DNA of 53,716 bases, the filler included, from Porpidia crustulata (Eukaryota), in assembly GCA_964255105.1 (NCBI GenBank). It is 4 parts of 4 records of this genome, joined end to end, with 100 filler letters (N's around TTAATTAATTAA, not from the genome) between each part and the next. Parts side by side here need not be neighbours in the genome. Positions count along the whole stretch, not along the records: positions 1 to 13,393 come from CAXUWE010000445.1; 3 more parts are not named here. The stretch is one strand, 5' to 3'. The notes under the pieces are model-generated. The model was not told the DNA's origin. It ran no database searches and worked only from the letters and a program-made list of their open reading frames with translations. A program made the translations under genes and the position numbers. Of the stretch, positions 1 through 13,493 are shown piece after piece (position 1 is the first letter of the stretch; each line of letters starts with the position of its first letter).

Positions 1-23
1 GTGTTGGGTGAGGTGGTGGGCAT
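1..23 (-). CDS. Possible 5' end of a gene running off the left edge (MPTTSPN...)
   Basis: Minus-strand ATG at 23-21 in a strong fungal start context (ACCAACAATG). Only 7 codons are visible. Confidence 0.3.
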
Positions 24-650
24 TGTTGGTTGAGTGCTGTTTTCGATACGAATAAGGTTGGGGAAGATAGCTATAGCAATCTGCGAATTTCTTTGAGTGC
101 AAGTCTTGAGACACCACGATGGTTGTTGTAAGGTCCTTTCCAGGAAATATTGACTCGGTCAACATTCACACCATTGTAGAATTAGGTACATGATTGTGTA
201 GCTACTGAGCAGTGTCGAGATCACGGAATGTATTGTTCTTGTAACTCCTTTCTTACTTAATTACTAGCCCCTTCAACACCAACGTTTGCTTTTGCGTGGC
301 TGGATTTAGGCTGGGTTCCAAAATTCAGATTAAGAAGCGTCGGAATCCTATAAACGAAATAGTAGTGAATGACACTAGTAATGAACAATTGATCAAATCG
401 GCCATGAATGATGACAATAGGATCGTGTGATCAAAACCAGCTAGCGAGACCGAGGGAAGGCAAGAGAAAAGGGAGACTGCTTTTCTCATTAACGGTGTTC
501 AGTGCTGCTTGTCGAGATTAGATGCCCATTTTAAAAGCGAGACAATCAGAGAACTCATGTCCCAGCAGTAGTGATAAAACGAGTTCTCCGATGATCCGAG
601 GCAATCCTGGATATTGGTGTATTTAGTTGTTTGAATATTTAAACGCATAA

Positions 651-1843
651 TCAGGGCAATACGATATACCGCTCTAAATGTAGCGGTATAGCGCCCAACA
701 GCTTTTTCTCTTGCAACCATTTCTTCGAGAATAGCCTATCAGCATATCTATAAGCACCGTCGCAGAGCATTGTAACCACAGTATGGCCCTTTCCTAATTT
801 CTCTGCCACTTCTTTTGCTGCAACAACGTTCAAACACGAGCTCGCGCCGAGATAAAGCCCCTCTTCGTCAAGGCATCGATAAACCATCTCGATACTCTTC
901 TCATCACTAATATGTAGTGCACCATCAAGAAGGTCGATATCTGGCTTTAGGTTATCTGTGACACGCCCTTGGCCGATGCCTTCTGTAATGCTGGAACCCT
1001 TCCTCTCAGTCATTTTGCCTCCGCTAGTAATGTACGAATGTAATACGCTTCCAGGAGGATCAGCCAGGAAACACTTGACTCTCCCATTAGATATATCCTT
1101 CAAATATCTCGCAACACCAGCGAGAGTGCCGCCTGTTCCTGTAGCGCAAGTGAATGCGTCAATTTTACCCTCGGTCTGGTACCATATTTCGGGCCCTGAC
1201 GTTTCAATGTGTGCCCGTCTGTTTGCTATATTATCGAATTGGTTTGTCCACACTGCGTTCTCTAGCCTTTCGGCGTGGCGTTTGGCTTGATGATTGTAAT
1301 TCTCGGGGTTCTCAAACGCAACCGCTGGGACGGGGAAGACTTCCGCACCCAAAAGTCTCATAAGATCGATCTTTCCTTGCGATTGAGTATTTGGCATATA
1401 TATTACTAATTTATAACCCTTTGAACGGCACACATGAGCCAGACCGATGCCTGTATTTCCAGCAGTTCCTTCGATGACTGTCCCACCGGGCCGTAATAGC
1501 CCTCGTTCTTCAGCGTCTTGGACTACAAACAGAGCTGCACGATCTTTGACGCTTCCTCCAGGGTTTTGGAATTCGGCCTTGCCCAATACTTCACATCCTG
1601 TTTCATCTGAAAGACGGTTGAGACGGATCAGGGGTGTATTCCCAATTGCTATATTCCAAAATCATCAGTCAGTAATAAGTTTGTGCATCTATAAAATCAT
1701 CTTCTACCTCCAATAAAACCATTGACGTGACCCTGTGCTTTGGCTAGCTGGACTCGATACTGGTTCGAAGCATCGACCTTGGAGGATAGTTCTGTCATTC
1801 GATGAGCTATTGTGGCGAACCTGCGAACGTGTCTAGCAAACAT
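651..1843 (-). CDS. cysB: Cysteine synthase (O-acetylserine sulfhydrylase, PLP-dependent), with probable mitochondrial presequence
   Basis: Exons 1843-1708 and 1648-651 (GT-AG intron 1707-1649). N-terminus [15 protein letters not shown] is Arg-rich with no acidic residues. Motifs [23 protein letters not shown] (PLP lysine), [13 protein letters not shown] and EGIG. Confidence 0.95.
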
Positions 1844-2405
1844 GCTCTGATAGATAGGTAATGGTAGGAAGTGCAAACGAAAAGGTCTTTGAATATTGAC
1901 AGTGAAATGAAAACCTCGATCTCGTAGAGTTTTTGCAGGCCGGAGTTAAGCATCCACAATGGCGGGCTTACAATTTGAATGCACGTGATGACGCGCCTGA
2001 TTCGCAACGGTCTCGACCCCGTTTCACGAGGCTTTTTCTCTTGTCATTTTAAGCGCTTGAAGATTTGATATCTTGCCACCTTGCGTAGACTTGTGGCCTA
2101 CGCCTACTGACGTGCTGACCTACTAGCATTCTGTTGCTTTACCTCGCCGTAATCATCTTGTACGGCAAGGTGTTATCTCTAATGACCCGGATCTCATTTC
2201 CTTGGCGCCTGGATCTCAACGAAAACTCACCTCAAGATTGAAAAATCAAGGACGCATCTCCAACGGTTGAATTTTACTAGGAGACAACCACTTTGGCACC
2301 CTATATCTCAGACTAAAGATCATGCAATACATCGAACGCCGCATCCAGCTTTTTAAACTGACCGTATCATCTTCTCAACATCTGTCGCGTTCCAATTCCA
2401 ATCCT

Positions 2406-3433
2406 CTAGCAACCGAACAACAACGAAACCGGCTTCACTCCGACAGCATTTCCTGCTGCGAGCCAAGGTACGAGTTCTGGAGCAGCAACAGCTGCTGTAA
2501 ACAAAAGCCCGGTAGATAATACCTTAAAAATCTCACAAGTCGGATCAGTTTGTGTTGGACACTCAACTTTATAACTCAAACGCCGCGCCACCGAGTCCCC
2601 ATGTCCCGATCCTGGCTGTGCTAATTGCTTGCAACTATCGTCAATTGATTTAGGACGCGGCCTATAAGCACTTTCCGCCCCCCTGTAGCCTGGCACGGTC
2701 ATCTAGATTCAAAGTTGCAATCGGTGGTGTCCAGGGTGTAGACTGGTTCGATATTTCCGATCCCGCCCATCGAGGCCACTCGCTCGGCAAGTAGATGCAT
2801 CAGAGCGTCTTTGATGTTTCTACAGTCGGCGGCGGTAGGTGCACTATCGCAGCTAAACGATATTGAGCAATCGCCGTCGGGGATACCGATAGGTTATTAT
2901 CACAGACTTGGGAGCTCCCATTACGCTGCCAAATGAGGCCGAAGATTTTCTCCGATCTGTGTTCATTCTGCACATAGGCGTACTGGCTACCAATACCCGT
3001 GTAGAAGTCCAATTTCATCGATGGCGGTTTGCGATTTGCAATCGTAGATTTGTGAGCACATAGTCCTGTCTTCCTTAGACAGGCCACCAATGTAGTTTTT
3101 GAAACACACCCAAGGGCATTGTTTACTAGTCCCTGAGCCCGCGATGACGCGCTCCTTGAAGGCCGCTTCACCTTCTGGAACCTGACCGATATTGGAAGCA
3201 GAGAAATTACCATCAACAAATGTTCCGTTCATAGAAGAATCTCCTGCCCATGTAACATGGTCTTGAGTGGCAATGTTTCCTGGCAGACCACTGGGTTCGC
3301 TAGAGAAGAAGGCAATTTGAGCAGACAGTTTTCCATTATTGTTGCAATTGCAAAGTGACACGGTCTCGCCAAGGACACGCCCTACTAGAAGTGCGAAGTT
3401 TAGGACACCACTGCTGATCATCGAAAGCAACAT
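2406..3433 (-). pseudogene. Frameshifted gene for a cysteine-rich secreted protein
   Basis: Signal-peptide-like start (MLLSMISSGVLNFALLVGRVLG). Protein-like Cys-rich text continues only by changing frame near ~3030, ~2890 and ~2700: SQIYDC / PPSMKLDFYTG...VCDNN / PIGIPDGDCSISFSCDS...CNFESR / VPGYRG...YKVECPTQTDPTCEIF. Confidence 0.6.
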
Positions 3434-4493
3434 GGTCGATATCTGGAGAGAAATATGAAAATGTGATAAAGAATTATTGTTGAAGTAAGATTAGGACTAG
3501 AGATGGAGACTGCTTGACCTGCTTCTTGCCCAGATATAAAGCGAGGAAAATGACTTAGCGTAATGAAAGTAAGGAGATAAATTGAGTAACTATTGACGGA
3601 AAGTGGGACCCATCATCTTTTATGTGCCTTGACCAGCATCTCAAAGACTATCCTCGATTCTCGCGCAAAGCTTTTCCCAAGGACTTCTGCCCCCTTCGGT
3701 CTGACGAAGTCTTACCTCTTTATCAGCTTGCCAACGCCTCCAACATTGTTACCTACTAATCTGCCACGCTTCTAGCTTTCACACCAATACCATACCCGTT
3801 AGCGCACAATGACCTATCGTCTGCAGGCCTCATTATTCGAAGGATCATTGGGAGTCGTCCAGTTGCTGAGGCTGTCGACCTTATCATCACTGTATCGTTT
3901 GTAGCATTAATACAATATTCGCTATTCGATAGATTGTTGGTGGTCTTCCGGTAATTGAAGTCGTTGACCATATGATCGCGACTTTCACTTGCTCTTTTTT
4001 CAAAGCACTCTAGGGGCCAGGGTTCGATTGAACAGATTACAGTCAATTGAGGCGGACCAAATAAAAACGAAAAAATTAGAGGATTAATAGACTAGCTTGT
4101 CTGGGTCACTTTCAAATAGGTAAACCGGCTCTGACAAGCGCGCCTCCAGTGATCGTGAACGACACAGTCGGCGAACGTCAAGCTGGAGTGCAAACAGTAA
4201 GCCGCAGTCTCAGTGAGAACGCCATTATTGACACCGGCCATTTGCGCGTCACCAATCAATCCGGAGTGTATTTTCAAAAGCGGCAAAATTTCATGAAATT
4301 TGATGCGAAAATCAGTGCACGGTGGTTTTTAATAACCAGTGGGCGCGACAATACTTTTGAAAACGCTCAAACTGCGTTGACTTCGTCGTAAATTCAGGAA
4401 GTTGCCATAGTAGAGGTCGAGCGAGGTTCAGATTGAGAGATTGTCCTTAGATGACTTAGATTGGGCGTGTATAACGATCGAAGCTTGACGCCT

Positions 4494-4614
4494 TACTAGT
4501 ATCAATCCCCTCGGTCGAATACACCCCTCAATCGAACATTGCTCCTAGGGTTAGGGTTTTGTTTTCTCCTCAGCCCTAACCCTAGGTACGATGTTCGATT
4601 GAGGAGTGTGTTCG
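4494..4614. mobile_element. Hairpin (MITE-like) element with telomere-like TAGGGTTAGGG arms
   Basis: 41-bp inverted arms 4516-4556 and 4574-4614 with 5 mismatches. Left end TACTAGTATCAATCCCCTCGGTCG. Shares both the end motif and a 36-bp block (30/36 identical) with the element at 37813-37908. Confidence 0.65.
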
Positions 4615-4732
4615 TTCACCCATGCGGCACTTCCCGCAGCACTTCAAAAGTTCAATGTTTGTTTATATCCGCCACTCCCCAGTCATTACTTCTCCACTCT
4701 CATCACTATTAACCGCCTAACAACTTGTCAAA

Positions 4733-7700
4733 ATGCCAGGAAGGGTTTCCACGAGGACTTCCACTGCGTCGCGGATTTCCCAAAAATCCTCAACCCAAAC
4801 GCTAGGTTCGCGTCGGTCAACCGCATCGCGCATATCCTCCCCAACCGTGGTTATACCAGATGAAGGATCTTCATCGAGTTTGAGAATAAAGATTTCTAGC
4901 ATCTTTGGTGATGCGCAAACGACGACGGTAGGACATCGGAAGCTGGTTATTGGCTTGAGAAAGGTGCAGGAGACATGTTACTATAAGCCCGTCAACACCA
5001 GCAAAAAACAGCAGGGGTTCGGGGAGGATGATTTTAGCGTAGAAGTTGCGCGATGTGTGATCCGGTTAATGGGCGTCAAGAAAAGCGAAAGCATTGGTGA
5101 TAAGCTTGTGAAGTTCTTGGGACTTTTCCTAAGATATGCTTGCGAGAAAGGTAGGAAACAGCTTATTTAAAGAGAGTCTACGCGAACGCTCATATTCCCA
5201 GATGCGGCTTTACTTCCTGAAGATGGCCTTGACGAAACACAGTCGTTTCCCGAGACTCCTAGCACTCGATTGACTTCCCACATTCTCTCCATCTTGCTGC
5301 CACTGTTGGGTTCAAAAGAGAAGACTGTTCGCTATCGCTCGACCCAATTGATGGCGCATATCATCAATTCGCTCGACTCAATTGATGACGAATACTACCA
5401 CCTGCTGAAGATGGGGCTACTGAAAAGAGTACGGGACAAGGAACCAATGATCAGAGTTCAAGCTGTCCTTGGCCTAGGGCGGCTGGCTGGTAACGAAGAT
5501 GACGGAGAACAGGAGAATGCAGACAGCGACGACGACGAAGCAGGTGGGCTACTTGAAAGGCTACTGGAGGTTCTCCAACATGACCCCAGTGCTGACGTCC
5601 GCCGTTCTTTGCTCTTGAATCTCCCCTTGACACCAAGTACCCTGCCTTATCTGTTAGAGCGGGCTCGTGATGTTGACTCAGCTACGCGACGGGCCCTCTA
5701 TTCTCGACTACTCCCAGCTCTGGGTGATTTCCGCCACCTGTCGCTCTCTATGAGGGAGAAGTTGCTTCGGTGGGGTTTACGTGACCGCGATGAGAACGTA
5801 CGAAAAGCCACTGCGAGACTGTTCCATGAGCGTTGGATCGAGGACTGCGCAGGATCTCCAACAGTGACTGAGGGGCGTGCAGATGCAGAGACAACTGTTC
5901 CAAGCGCGGACGCCTTGCTTGAACTGCTAGAGCGTATCGACGTCGTTAATTCTGCAGTCGAACATGGGGTAGCTGGTGAAGCGATGAAAGAATTCTGGAC
6001 CGGGAGACCCGACTATAGAGAAGCTGTTAGCTTTGGTGACCAATTCTGGGACACCTTGACACCAGAAAGTGTGTTCATGGCCAGAACCTTCAATGACTTT
6101 TGTAGGAATGATGGCAAAGCAGAGCTTGAAGCAATGGCTGAGGAAAAGATGCCAGAAGTCACGAAACTTGCTTTTTACCTCCAGCGATATATGGACAATC
6201 TTATAGAGCGCCTACAACGCAACAATGCCGACGATTTGGCTGAAGGAGAGGAGGAAGATACTGTGGAGCTTGAATTTATTGTGGAACAGCTGCTACACAT
6301 TGCAAAATCCCTGGACTACTCCGACGAAGTTGGTAGAAGGAAGATGTTTTCGCTAACGCGAGATATTTTAACAGTTGCTGAGTTACCGGATGAGATAACT
6401 AGGTTCGTTGTTGATGTCCTTCGTGGCGTTTGTGGCGGCGATACTGCAAGGGAGCGCGAATTCTGCGGTGTCGTGTTGGAAGCTGTTGCGGAAGTCCATG
6501 ACACTATCTCTGCCGATGAACCCATTGCGAATGATGAGGATGAAAGTTTCCACTCGGCTCAATCAGAAATAAGTGAAACCACACCGACAAAAACTACCAA
6601 CAAGCAAAATCATGGTTCCTCCAATGGCGAGGCCGACGAGGCCAAGGCCATCCGGGAAATCATGATAAATATGAAGTGCCTGCACATAGCCCAGTGCATG
6701 CTGCAGAACGTGGAGGATAACTTGCAACAAAACGTTCATTTGGTGACGATGTTAAATAACTTGGTAGTCCCAGCCGTTAGAAGTCACGAAGCACCAATCC
6801 GAGAACGTGGTTTACTCTGCTTGGGTTTGTGCTGTCTCCTGGACAAGGTATGATACTACTTCCCTCCCCTATCCGCATCGATTAACTATATGGCACCAGA
6901 ACCTCGCTGAGGAGAACCTGAGCCTCTTCCTTCACTGCTTCACCAAGGGCCATGATGCGCTTCAAGTGACTGCCCTCCATGTCCTCTCTGACGTGCTGAC
7001 TATACATCCGAGTCTACATTCCTCGCCAACCTCTGATCTTGCGCTTCAGAAATCAATTTTTAAAGTTTTTTCAAAAGCTTTGAAAACAGTGCATTCGCCT
7101 GATGTTCAATCTGCAGCTACCACCGCTCTGTGCAAATTGATGCTGACAAGCGTTCTTCAAGACGAAGATCTTCTGAAGCAACTTGTGGTCTGCTACTTTG
7201 ACCCCGCCACGAAAGATAATGCTGGAGTTAGGCAGGCGTTGAGCTACTTCCTGCCCGTCTACTGTCACAGCCGCAAGGTGAACATGGAAAAAATGGCAGC
7301 AGTGGCAACAGCTATCATGCACGTTCTAATCAACATGGAACAAGAGCTGGACGAGGAAGACGAGATGGTTGAGATAGCAGTCGTAGGAAACATGCTTGTC
7401 GACTGGACCGATGCTAGAAAACTAGTGGTCCAAGATGAGGCGGCCGTCAGCTGGGACGAGGCTGGCCGGAAGGAGGTCAAGGCGGTCAATGGGGACATCC
7501 ATCTCGATCTTGCAGCGGACCTACTCGAGAAGACAATGAGTCACGGTTGCACAAGTGAGCTTCCCTGTTGCCTCATCCTCACCTATTTCATAGCTAACGA
7601 CCTCCTAGGAGAAGAAAAGAAAGCTCTCCTCTCAATGGTTGGCAAGCTATACATTACCAGCAACTCGAATCCAGAAAAGCTTCAGACCGTGCACGAGCTA

Positions 7701-8018
7701 GTCCTCGAGGCCATTGACCTCAAAATCGCGACTGACGCACCAACTCGAAACGCCCTCAGCAAGATGGAGGCAGCGTTAGTCAAAGTGATAGGCGAATTAG
7801 ACCTCTGCAGCCAGAACAAAGGAGACCCTATTGCTCCGTTGTCACATGGAGATATGACTGCGGTGGATGAAGAGCTGTCAGAGTTGCCTGTAGTGGCTCT
7901 TGGAGGTGTAGAGGGTTCGAAATTAGAAATGACTGAATCCGAGGGGAAGGAAACTGTGGAGGGGACACATGATTCATTGTTGGAAGAATTGCTGACTGAC
8001 GAGGATGAAGATGCCTGA
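4733..8018 (+). CDS. ycg1: Condensin complex non-SMC HEAT subunit (Ycg1/Cnd3/CAP-G)
   Basis: Exons 4733-5150, 5202-6847, 6900-7554 and 7609-8018, all with canonical introns. Motifs RVRDKEPMIRVQAV, DPSADVRR, LLERARDVD, WGLRDRDENVRKA, DYSDEVGRRKMF and RQALSYFLPVYC. Confidence 0.93.
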
Positions 8019-8754
8019 TATCGGCCGTCGTATCTTATCTATACCTGGAAGACTCGGATCTGAGATATGTTGCTTCAGGAAAACTAGTTGCCATTCTATG
8101 TAGGTTCATTGTATCTGCCTCTGTACGAATCATAATGATGAGATACATACCAAGCATTTTGCGTGAATAGCTTTCTCATGCCATGGACGCATCATTACCT
8201 TAGGTATCAACTCATAGTGCTGTACACAGTGTGACTCACAAATATGTCTGGTATGAGGAAGGATGAAATCTAAGCCTTAACGTGGTTCAAGGCACCCGAA
8301 GGTTACCCGGCATTTGCAGTGCGTACATATTACACGCCAAATCACACTCTCTTCCACCCGCATCTAAGTGCAAGGGCTTTACGCGTATCAGTGAGGATTC
8401 GTCCGAGATCGCGTTTTTGCTAGTTGAAAACTACTTTATGACCACTCGTTATGGACTTCGGTTCGTATCGGAATTTTTGAAAAAAAAAAATCTTTCATGG
8501 AAGAAAGATTTGTTTTTTCATTGCGAGCTGTCCTTTATGGACGGTCACGAAGAAGAGTAACCTCGCTGTCTAGCTTCCGGTTTATATCGTGTAAGCCCTG
8601 GATTTATGTCGACGGTCAAAACAAGTCTGTAGATACTGCACTACTCCATAGATTTGTAGACGCCGCGCACTTTTCCATGCGATAATCGTACATCAACGTA
8701 AATAAATTCTAGAATTCTTAAAGTGGCTACTCCTGAAGGTCTATCATATACAAC

Positions 8755-9905
8755 ATGACGCGCAAAGCACTTATTACTGGTGCAACGGGCCTACTTGGCC
8801 GCCAAGTCTTGAGTGCTTTCCATGAAGCTGGTTGGGATGTCGTAGGAACTGGTTTCTCAAGAGCAAGACCGCCTTCCATCATCAAGCTAGACGTGGCAGA
8901 TCGAGCTGCCGTATCCTCGGCGCTCGATGAAGTCAAGTAGGCAGCAATGTCGCTATTACGATTCGCTTTTGAGAGGCTATATCGTAGATGAGAGCTGACA
9001 CCGTTGAAATCATAGACCCCAAATTGTGGTGCATTGTAAGTGAGCTGCAGGTGCAGTGGTCTTGACTTCGACAAGCCTGACCTTCTCCAAGGTGCTGCAA
9101 ACCGTTTTCCGGATAAGTGTGACGCCGACCCGGAGGGCGCCCAAAGATTAAACGTCGAGGCTACCGACCATCTTGCCCGAGTAACTGCATCCCGCTCCAT
9201 CCTCCTTATCTATATTTCGACGGATTATGTCTTTCCTGGTACGCCAGGCGAGGCGCCATACGAAGCCGACGCTCCTCCTAGCCCTCCCAACTTGTATGGG
9301 CAGACAAAGCTCGATGGAGAAGGTGTGGTTCTGGAAGTGACCAAAGACACAGGTCTAGGCGTGGTGTTGAGGGTACCTGTACTTTACGGCAAGGCCGAGG
9401 AACCGAAAGAGAGCGCTATCAACGTCTTAATGGACGCCATCTGGGAGGCGCAGAAGGTGGAGGCAGGTAGTGGAAAGGTCAAGATGGACCACTGGGCTCA
9501 GCGCTACCCTACCAATACTGAAGATGTAGGACGGGTCTGCAAGGACGTTGCTATAAAGTATCTGGAAGCGGGCGATAAGCTGTCCAAAATGCCAAAGATT
9601 TTGCAGTTCTCGTCGGAGGACAGGTTCACAAGATATGGGATTTGTGAGCTTTTTGCAGAGATCATGGGCCTTCCAATTGAAGGCAAGATAGAAGCAACCA
9701 AGATAGGAGGCGACCCAAGTGCAAGCGTGCAAAGACCCTACGATACACATCTATCGAGTCAGAGGCTCAAAGATCTTGGAATCAAGGTGCATACTCAGGA
9801 CTTCAAGGCATGGTGGTATGTTTATAAACACGGAGCACAGTATAGTTACCTGTGATCCGCTGACCAAATCACAGGAGATTGGAGGTACGCGCTTTCAGGA
9901 AGTAA
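8755..9905 (+). CDS. RmlD-like / methionine adenosyltransferase 2 beta-like extended SDR (NAD(P)-binding)
   Basis: Exons 8755-8936, 9016-9035, 9092-9815 and 9875-9905. Rossmann motif ITGATGLLG, then HCAANRFPD, ISTDYVF, YGQTK (YxxxK) and LRVPVLYG. Confidence 0.9.
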
Positions 9906-11238
9906 AAAACTCGTGTATAATCTCCTATTCATCGTTCGACTCTCCTTGAACAAGGCGTCTATCAATGACAATTCCAAATCATTGCTGTGACGAATCGCTA
10001 CGGGAAATGCATCACCAAAACCTCAACAGCCGTACTCAGCCGACGAACTCGAACTACTGTCGGAAAGACTGCCCTGGCCAAAAAGCGAAATAAAACATAC
10101 TGGAGTTGACATTTCTGTCAATCCTCAGCTGACCGAGTTCTGCATTGGCACCCTTAGACTATTGTCGCAAACCTCATGAGTCTAATTGATCCAGAAGCTT
10201 AATTATGCATCCAATTCCTTCATGTTACGCCACGTCTGTGTCTAGCACTAGGACTTCTTCGATCCCTGAATTGTGGATTGGCATTTCTAGCTGTCTTTAG
10301 CAATCATAATATGAGTAGTATTCTGTCTGCTACTCCTCTTTTCAAATATGTTATTGCAAGATGGGAGTGGGCAGGCTCTCTGTAAATTATTATGCATATT
10401 CCTTCGACTTAGTGTCTTGAAAGAGATGTTTCAGTGACGTCTCTCAGGGCCTGACTACCGACAAACTGCTTTGGAAAGGCACAGACTCAGGGGTGCCGAA
10501 TAGCATGTTGAGGGTCAACCCAGTCTGCGGCAATAAATGGCGAGGCGCGAGCACTCTCGTTTATGAGCGCAGGCATCAAGTACCATTGTCCCAAATGTTT
10601 TGAAAGGTCGCTTGATGCGCACTGAGAAACCAACTCGTCATCGGTGTAAAGGGCAAGACAGGAGCGTAAATTTGGTGAGGAGGCTCTACGGGAGGAACCT
10701 TGCGATGAGTTAACGTCTACGAGGGTGACAAAAAAAGTGGGTTCGCAAAATCGATTTCTCATCTACATGATCAAATATATCACTGAATTTCGGAACATAA
10801 AAACATAAGACTGGATACTGAACAGTACGATATCTCTACTAATGTTCAAATTCAGAGTGTAATCGAGTGACGTGGGAGAATGACTTGGAGATGCAGTAGT
10901 AAATCTGAAGATTTGAGGGAGAGATCGAATTTACAGTCCCGCTTTTATTGATTGTGTTGAAACGACTGAAATACACTAGTGCGCGCTGCAGTGTCAGCCT
11001 TATGGAGATTAATGCGAGTCGCGTGCCAGCCACCAAACAAAATCCTTGGAATTGGCCCTTCCAAAAGCAATCAATATACAATTTATTATTTACCACAACC
11101 TTCACTGATGTATCGACTTCAACTACCTCATTGTAACACCGACTCAAGATGTAGGCTAAGGTACAGACGTATCCCTAGCCGCAGCAATATATTCCGCGAC
11201 ATTCTTCGTCAACATCTGGTTCCTCCACGATAGCAATC

Positions 11239-13393
11239 ATGCCCGCCGTCGTACAGACCGACAGCCCCGTACCACCTAAGAATGACACAATTGCAAGAAG
11301 CATGTCCAGATACAGAGGGCATCGGAACGACGTTAAAAGTCACATTAATCCTCCACCTGTGCCAATGATCCCTTCAGGCCACGGACAGCTTCTGGAATTA
11401 CAGTTCAGTCCTAAGCCATACGATGGTTCCAAATTGCCATTGGAGACACCTTCGTACCGAGCAAACAAGGGTGAAAAGCCAAGGCAAATCGAGAGCGACC
11501 GCAGACGCCTTGCTGGCGAAGATGTTGAGAGTGATACGGTCATTTGGCAGACCGTCGCAGCATCTCCAACAACAGGCAATCAAATGCTTCCAGTAGAGCA
11601 GAACCACACCCAAAGCATAGATCGTTCCAGTTTTAGAATAGCAGATTCAGGCTCACGGAAGCTGCCTGGGGTAGCACGACCCAGAGCACCACATGCAATT
11701 GATAGCGACCATACGCCCGAAACACAGTTTTGGAACCAAGAGAAGGCTGATCCTGGAATTATAAGAGGAGTCATGTCTGAGGGTTCGCATGATAAGGGCT
11801 TGGGGGAAACAAATCAAAGCAGAGTAAGGCGCCAAAGCTTGCGGCAGAGCAGTCCGCCCAGAAACCGGCAAGTGGTAAAGTCGGATCGAATGGATTTTCT
11901 TGGGCAAGAATACAAGCAGAAGCAGACTGAGTCACAGCGAAAGCTATTACCTAGAAAAAGCTTCACTCAGCGGGTTGCGGGAAGCATCAGTAAAGTCGCT
12001 GGATCTGATACCAGAGCGGACTTGAAGCGGACTATTTCCTTCCCTATACCAATTGAACCAGGAAGCGTTGTGGCTGGAACTATCCCAGCCTTTGACGCAC
12101 CCATATCTGCTGTCAATGCTGGGGAGCGAAAAGTCATGGTGAAGTGTCAGGATCACGTTATTCCCGTCATCATCACACCATCAACTACTCCTATTGATGT
12201 CATTCACTTCACTTCCTCCAAGATGCCAGGTCTTATTGACCCCGTCTCCGTGGTATTACTCGAAGCATTCAAGCAAGTTGGATTAGAAAGGCCTCTTCGC
12301 AGATATGAGCATATTCGTGACGTGCTAAACTCATGGGACCACGACGAGCAGAACACACTGATCATTGTCCCATCGCCAACAGGAGGCAATGACGAGGACT
12401 TAGACATGAACAAGGTCCCAAGAGGACAGCCCGGAGAGACCACAGTGTACCTTTATCATTCACAAACACCCGGCAAGTGGGACAAACGATGGATCACCTT
12501 ACGGTCAGACGGGCAGGTGCTTATAGCCAAGAACCTTGGAGGGGAGACTACTAATATCTGCCACTTGTCTGATTTTGATATCTATGTCCCGACGCCACGT
12601 CAGATGTCCAAAAAGATCAAGCCTCCGAAGAAAGTATGCTTTGCCGTGAAGAGCCAGCAGAAATCAAGCATGTTTGTTAGCGCTGCCAACTTTGTCCACT
12701 TCTTTTGCTCCAGTGACAAGAAGTTGGCTACATCTTGGTATAAAGCCGTCCAGGAATGGAGAAGCTGGTATCTTGTTAACGTGATGGGAGAAGGGCAGGA
12801 TCACATTACGGATGCTGGAAACGCTTCATCAGCGAGCGGAGTGAACCGAAGGCTTTCGCTGAAAGCTCCTTTGCCCGTAGATCGCATCCAGCAAACTATA
12901 AATCCCCATCAAGATGTGCTCTTGTCTACAGCGCCTACGGCTGGCCTTGCGGGTCTAGCTCAAAGTGAGCAGATTCGCGTCAGGCCTGTAAGAGATCGAG
13001 GAACACCTCCAGTCTCGTTCCCGAAAAAGCTTACGAAAGACGCCATCACGGGTGAAGCCACGACTCGCAAGCACGGGCCTGCTTTGATCCAGAAGCATCC
13101 AGAACAGGTCCGTCAAGCTGAGCCTTTCGAACCAACCAGCCTTCTTGGTCGAACATACAGTCAACGCCAGAAAGCCATGCAAAGTCAACCCAACCATAGC
13201 CCCATTACAGTTCACAGTCAAGCTCCGGTCACATCAGCCGCTACCAATTCCCTTAACCGCTCCTCCTCCCAACGCCACAAAACAAGACCCCTCGTCGACT
13301 TGACACCCACATATGCGGAACCGCCCCAACATTCCCGGAAAGGCCGGGGTGTCATACCGGACCAAATACCCCCCGGAGGTCTCGTAGACATCG
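11239..13393 (+). CDS. Fungal protein with ubiquitin-like/RA and PH domains; 3' end lost in an assembly gap
   Basis: Long ORF with a disordered N-terminus, then FDAPISAVNAGERKVMV, GLERPLRRYEHIRDVLNSW, and a PH-like block KWDKRWITLRSDGQV...CHLSDFDIY...CFAVKSQQK...WYKAVQEWRSWY. Runs into Ns at 13394. Confidence 0.8.
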
Positions 13394-13493
13394 NNNNNNN
13401 NNNNNNNNNNNNNNNNNNNNNNNNNNNNNNNNNNNNNTTAATTAATTAANNNNNNNNNNNNNNNNNNNNNNNNNNNNNNNNNNNNNNNNNNNN
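13394..13493. other. Scaffold gap spacer (N run / TTAATTAATTAA / N run)
   Basis: The 12-mer has stops in all six frames and is flanked by ~44 Ns on each side. It is identical at all three gaps. Confidence 0.95.

Noticed and set aside
3593..4391. Short ORFs between the secreted relic and ycg1
   Set aside because: No motifs, and fragments could not be joined into a recognisable protein or transposase.
4545..4586. Interstitial telomere or chromosome fusion site
   Set aside because: Fewer than two full TTAGGG units per arm, embedded in longer non-telomeric inverted arms shared with another dispersed element.
13438..13449. TTAATTAATTAA palindrome, repeated at 26908 and 40372
   Set aside because: Always centred in N runs; an artificial six-frame stop linker added during scaffolding.
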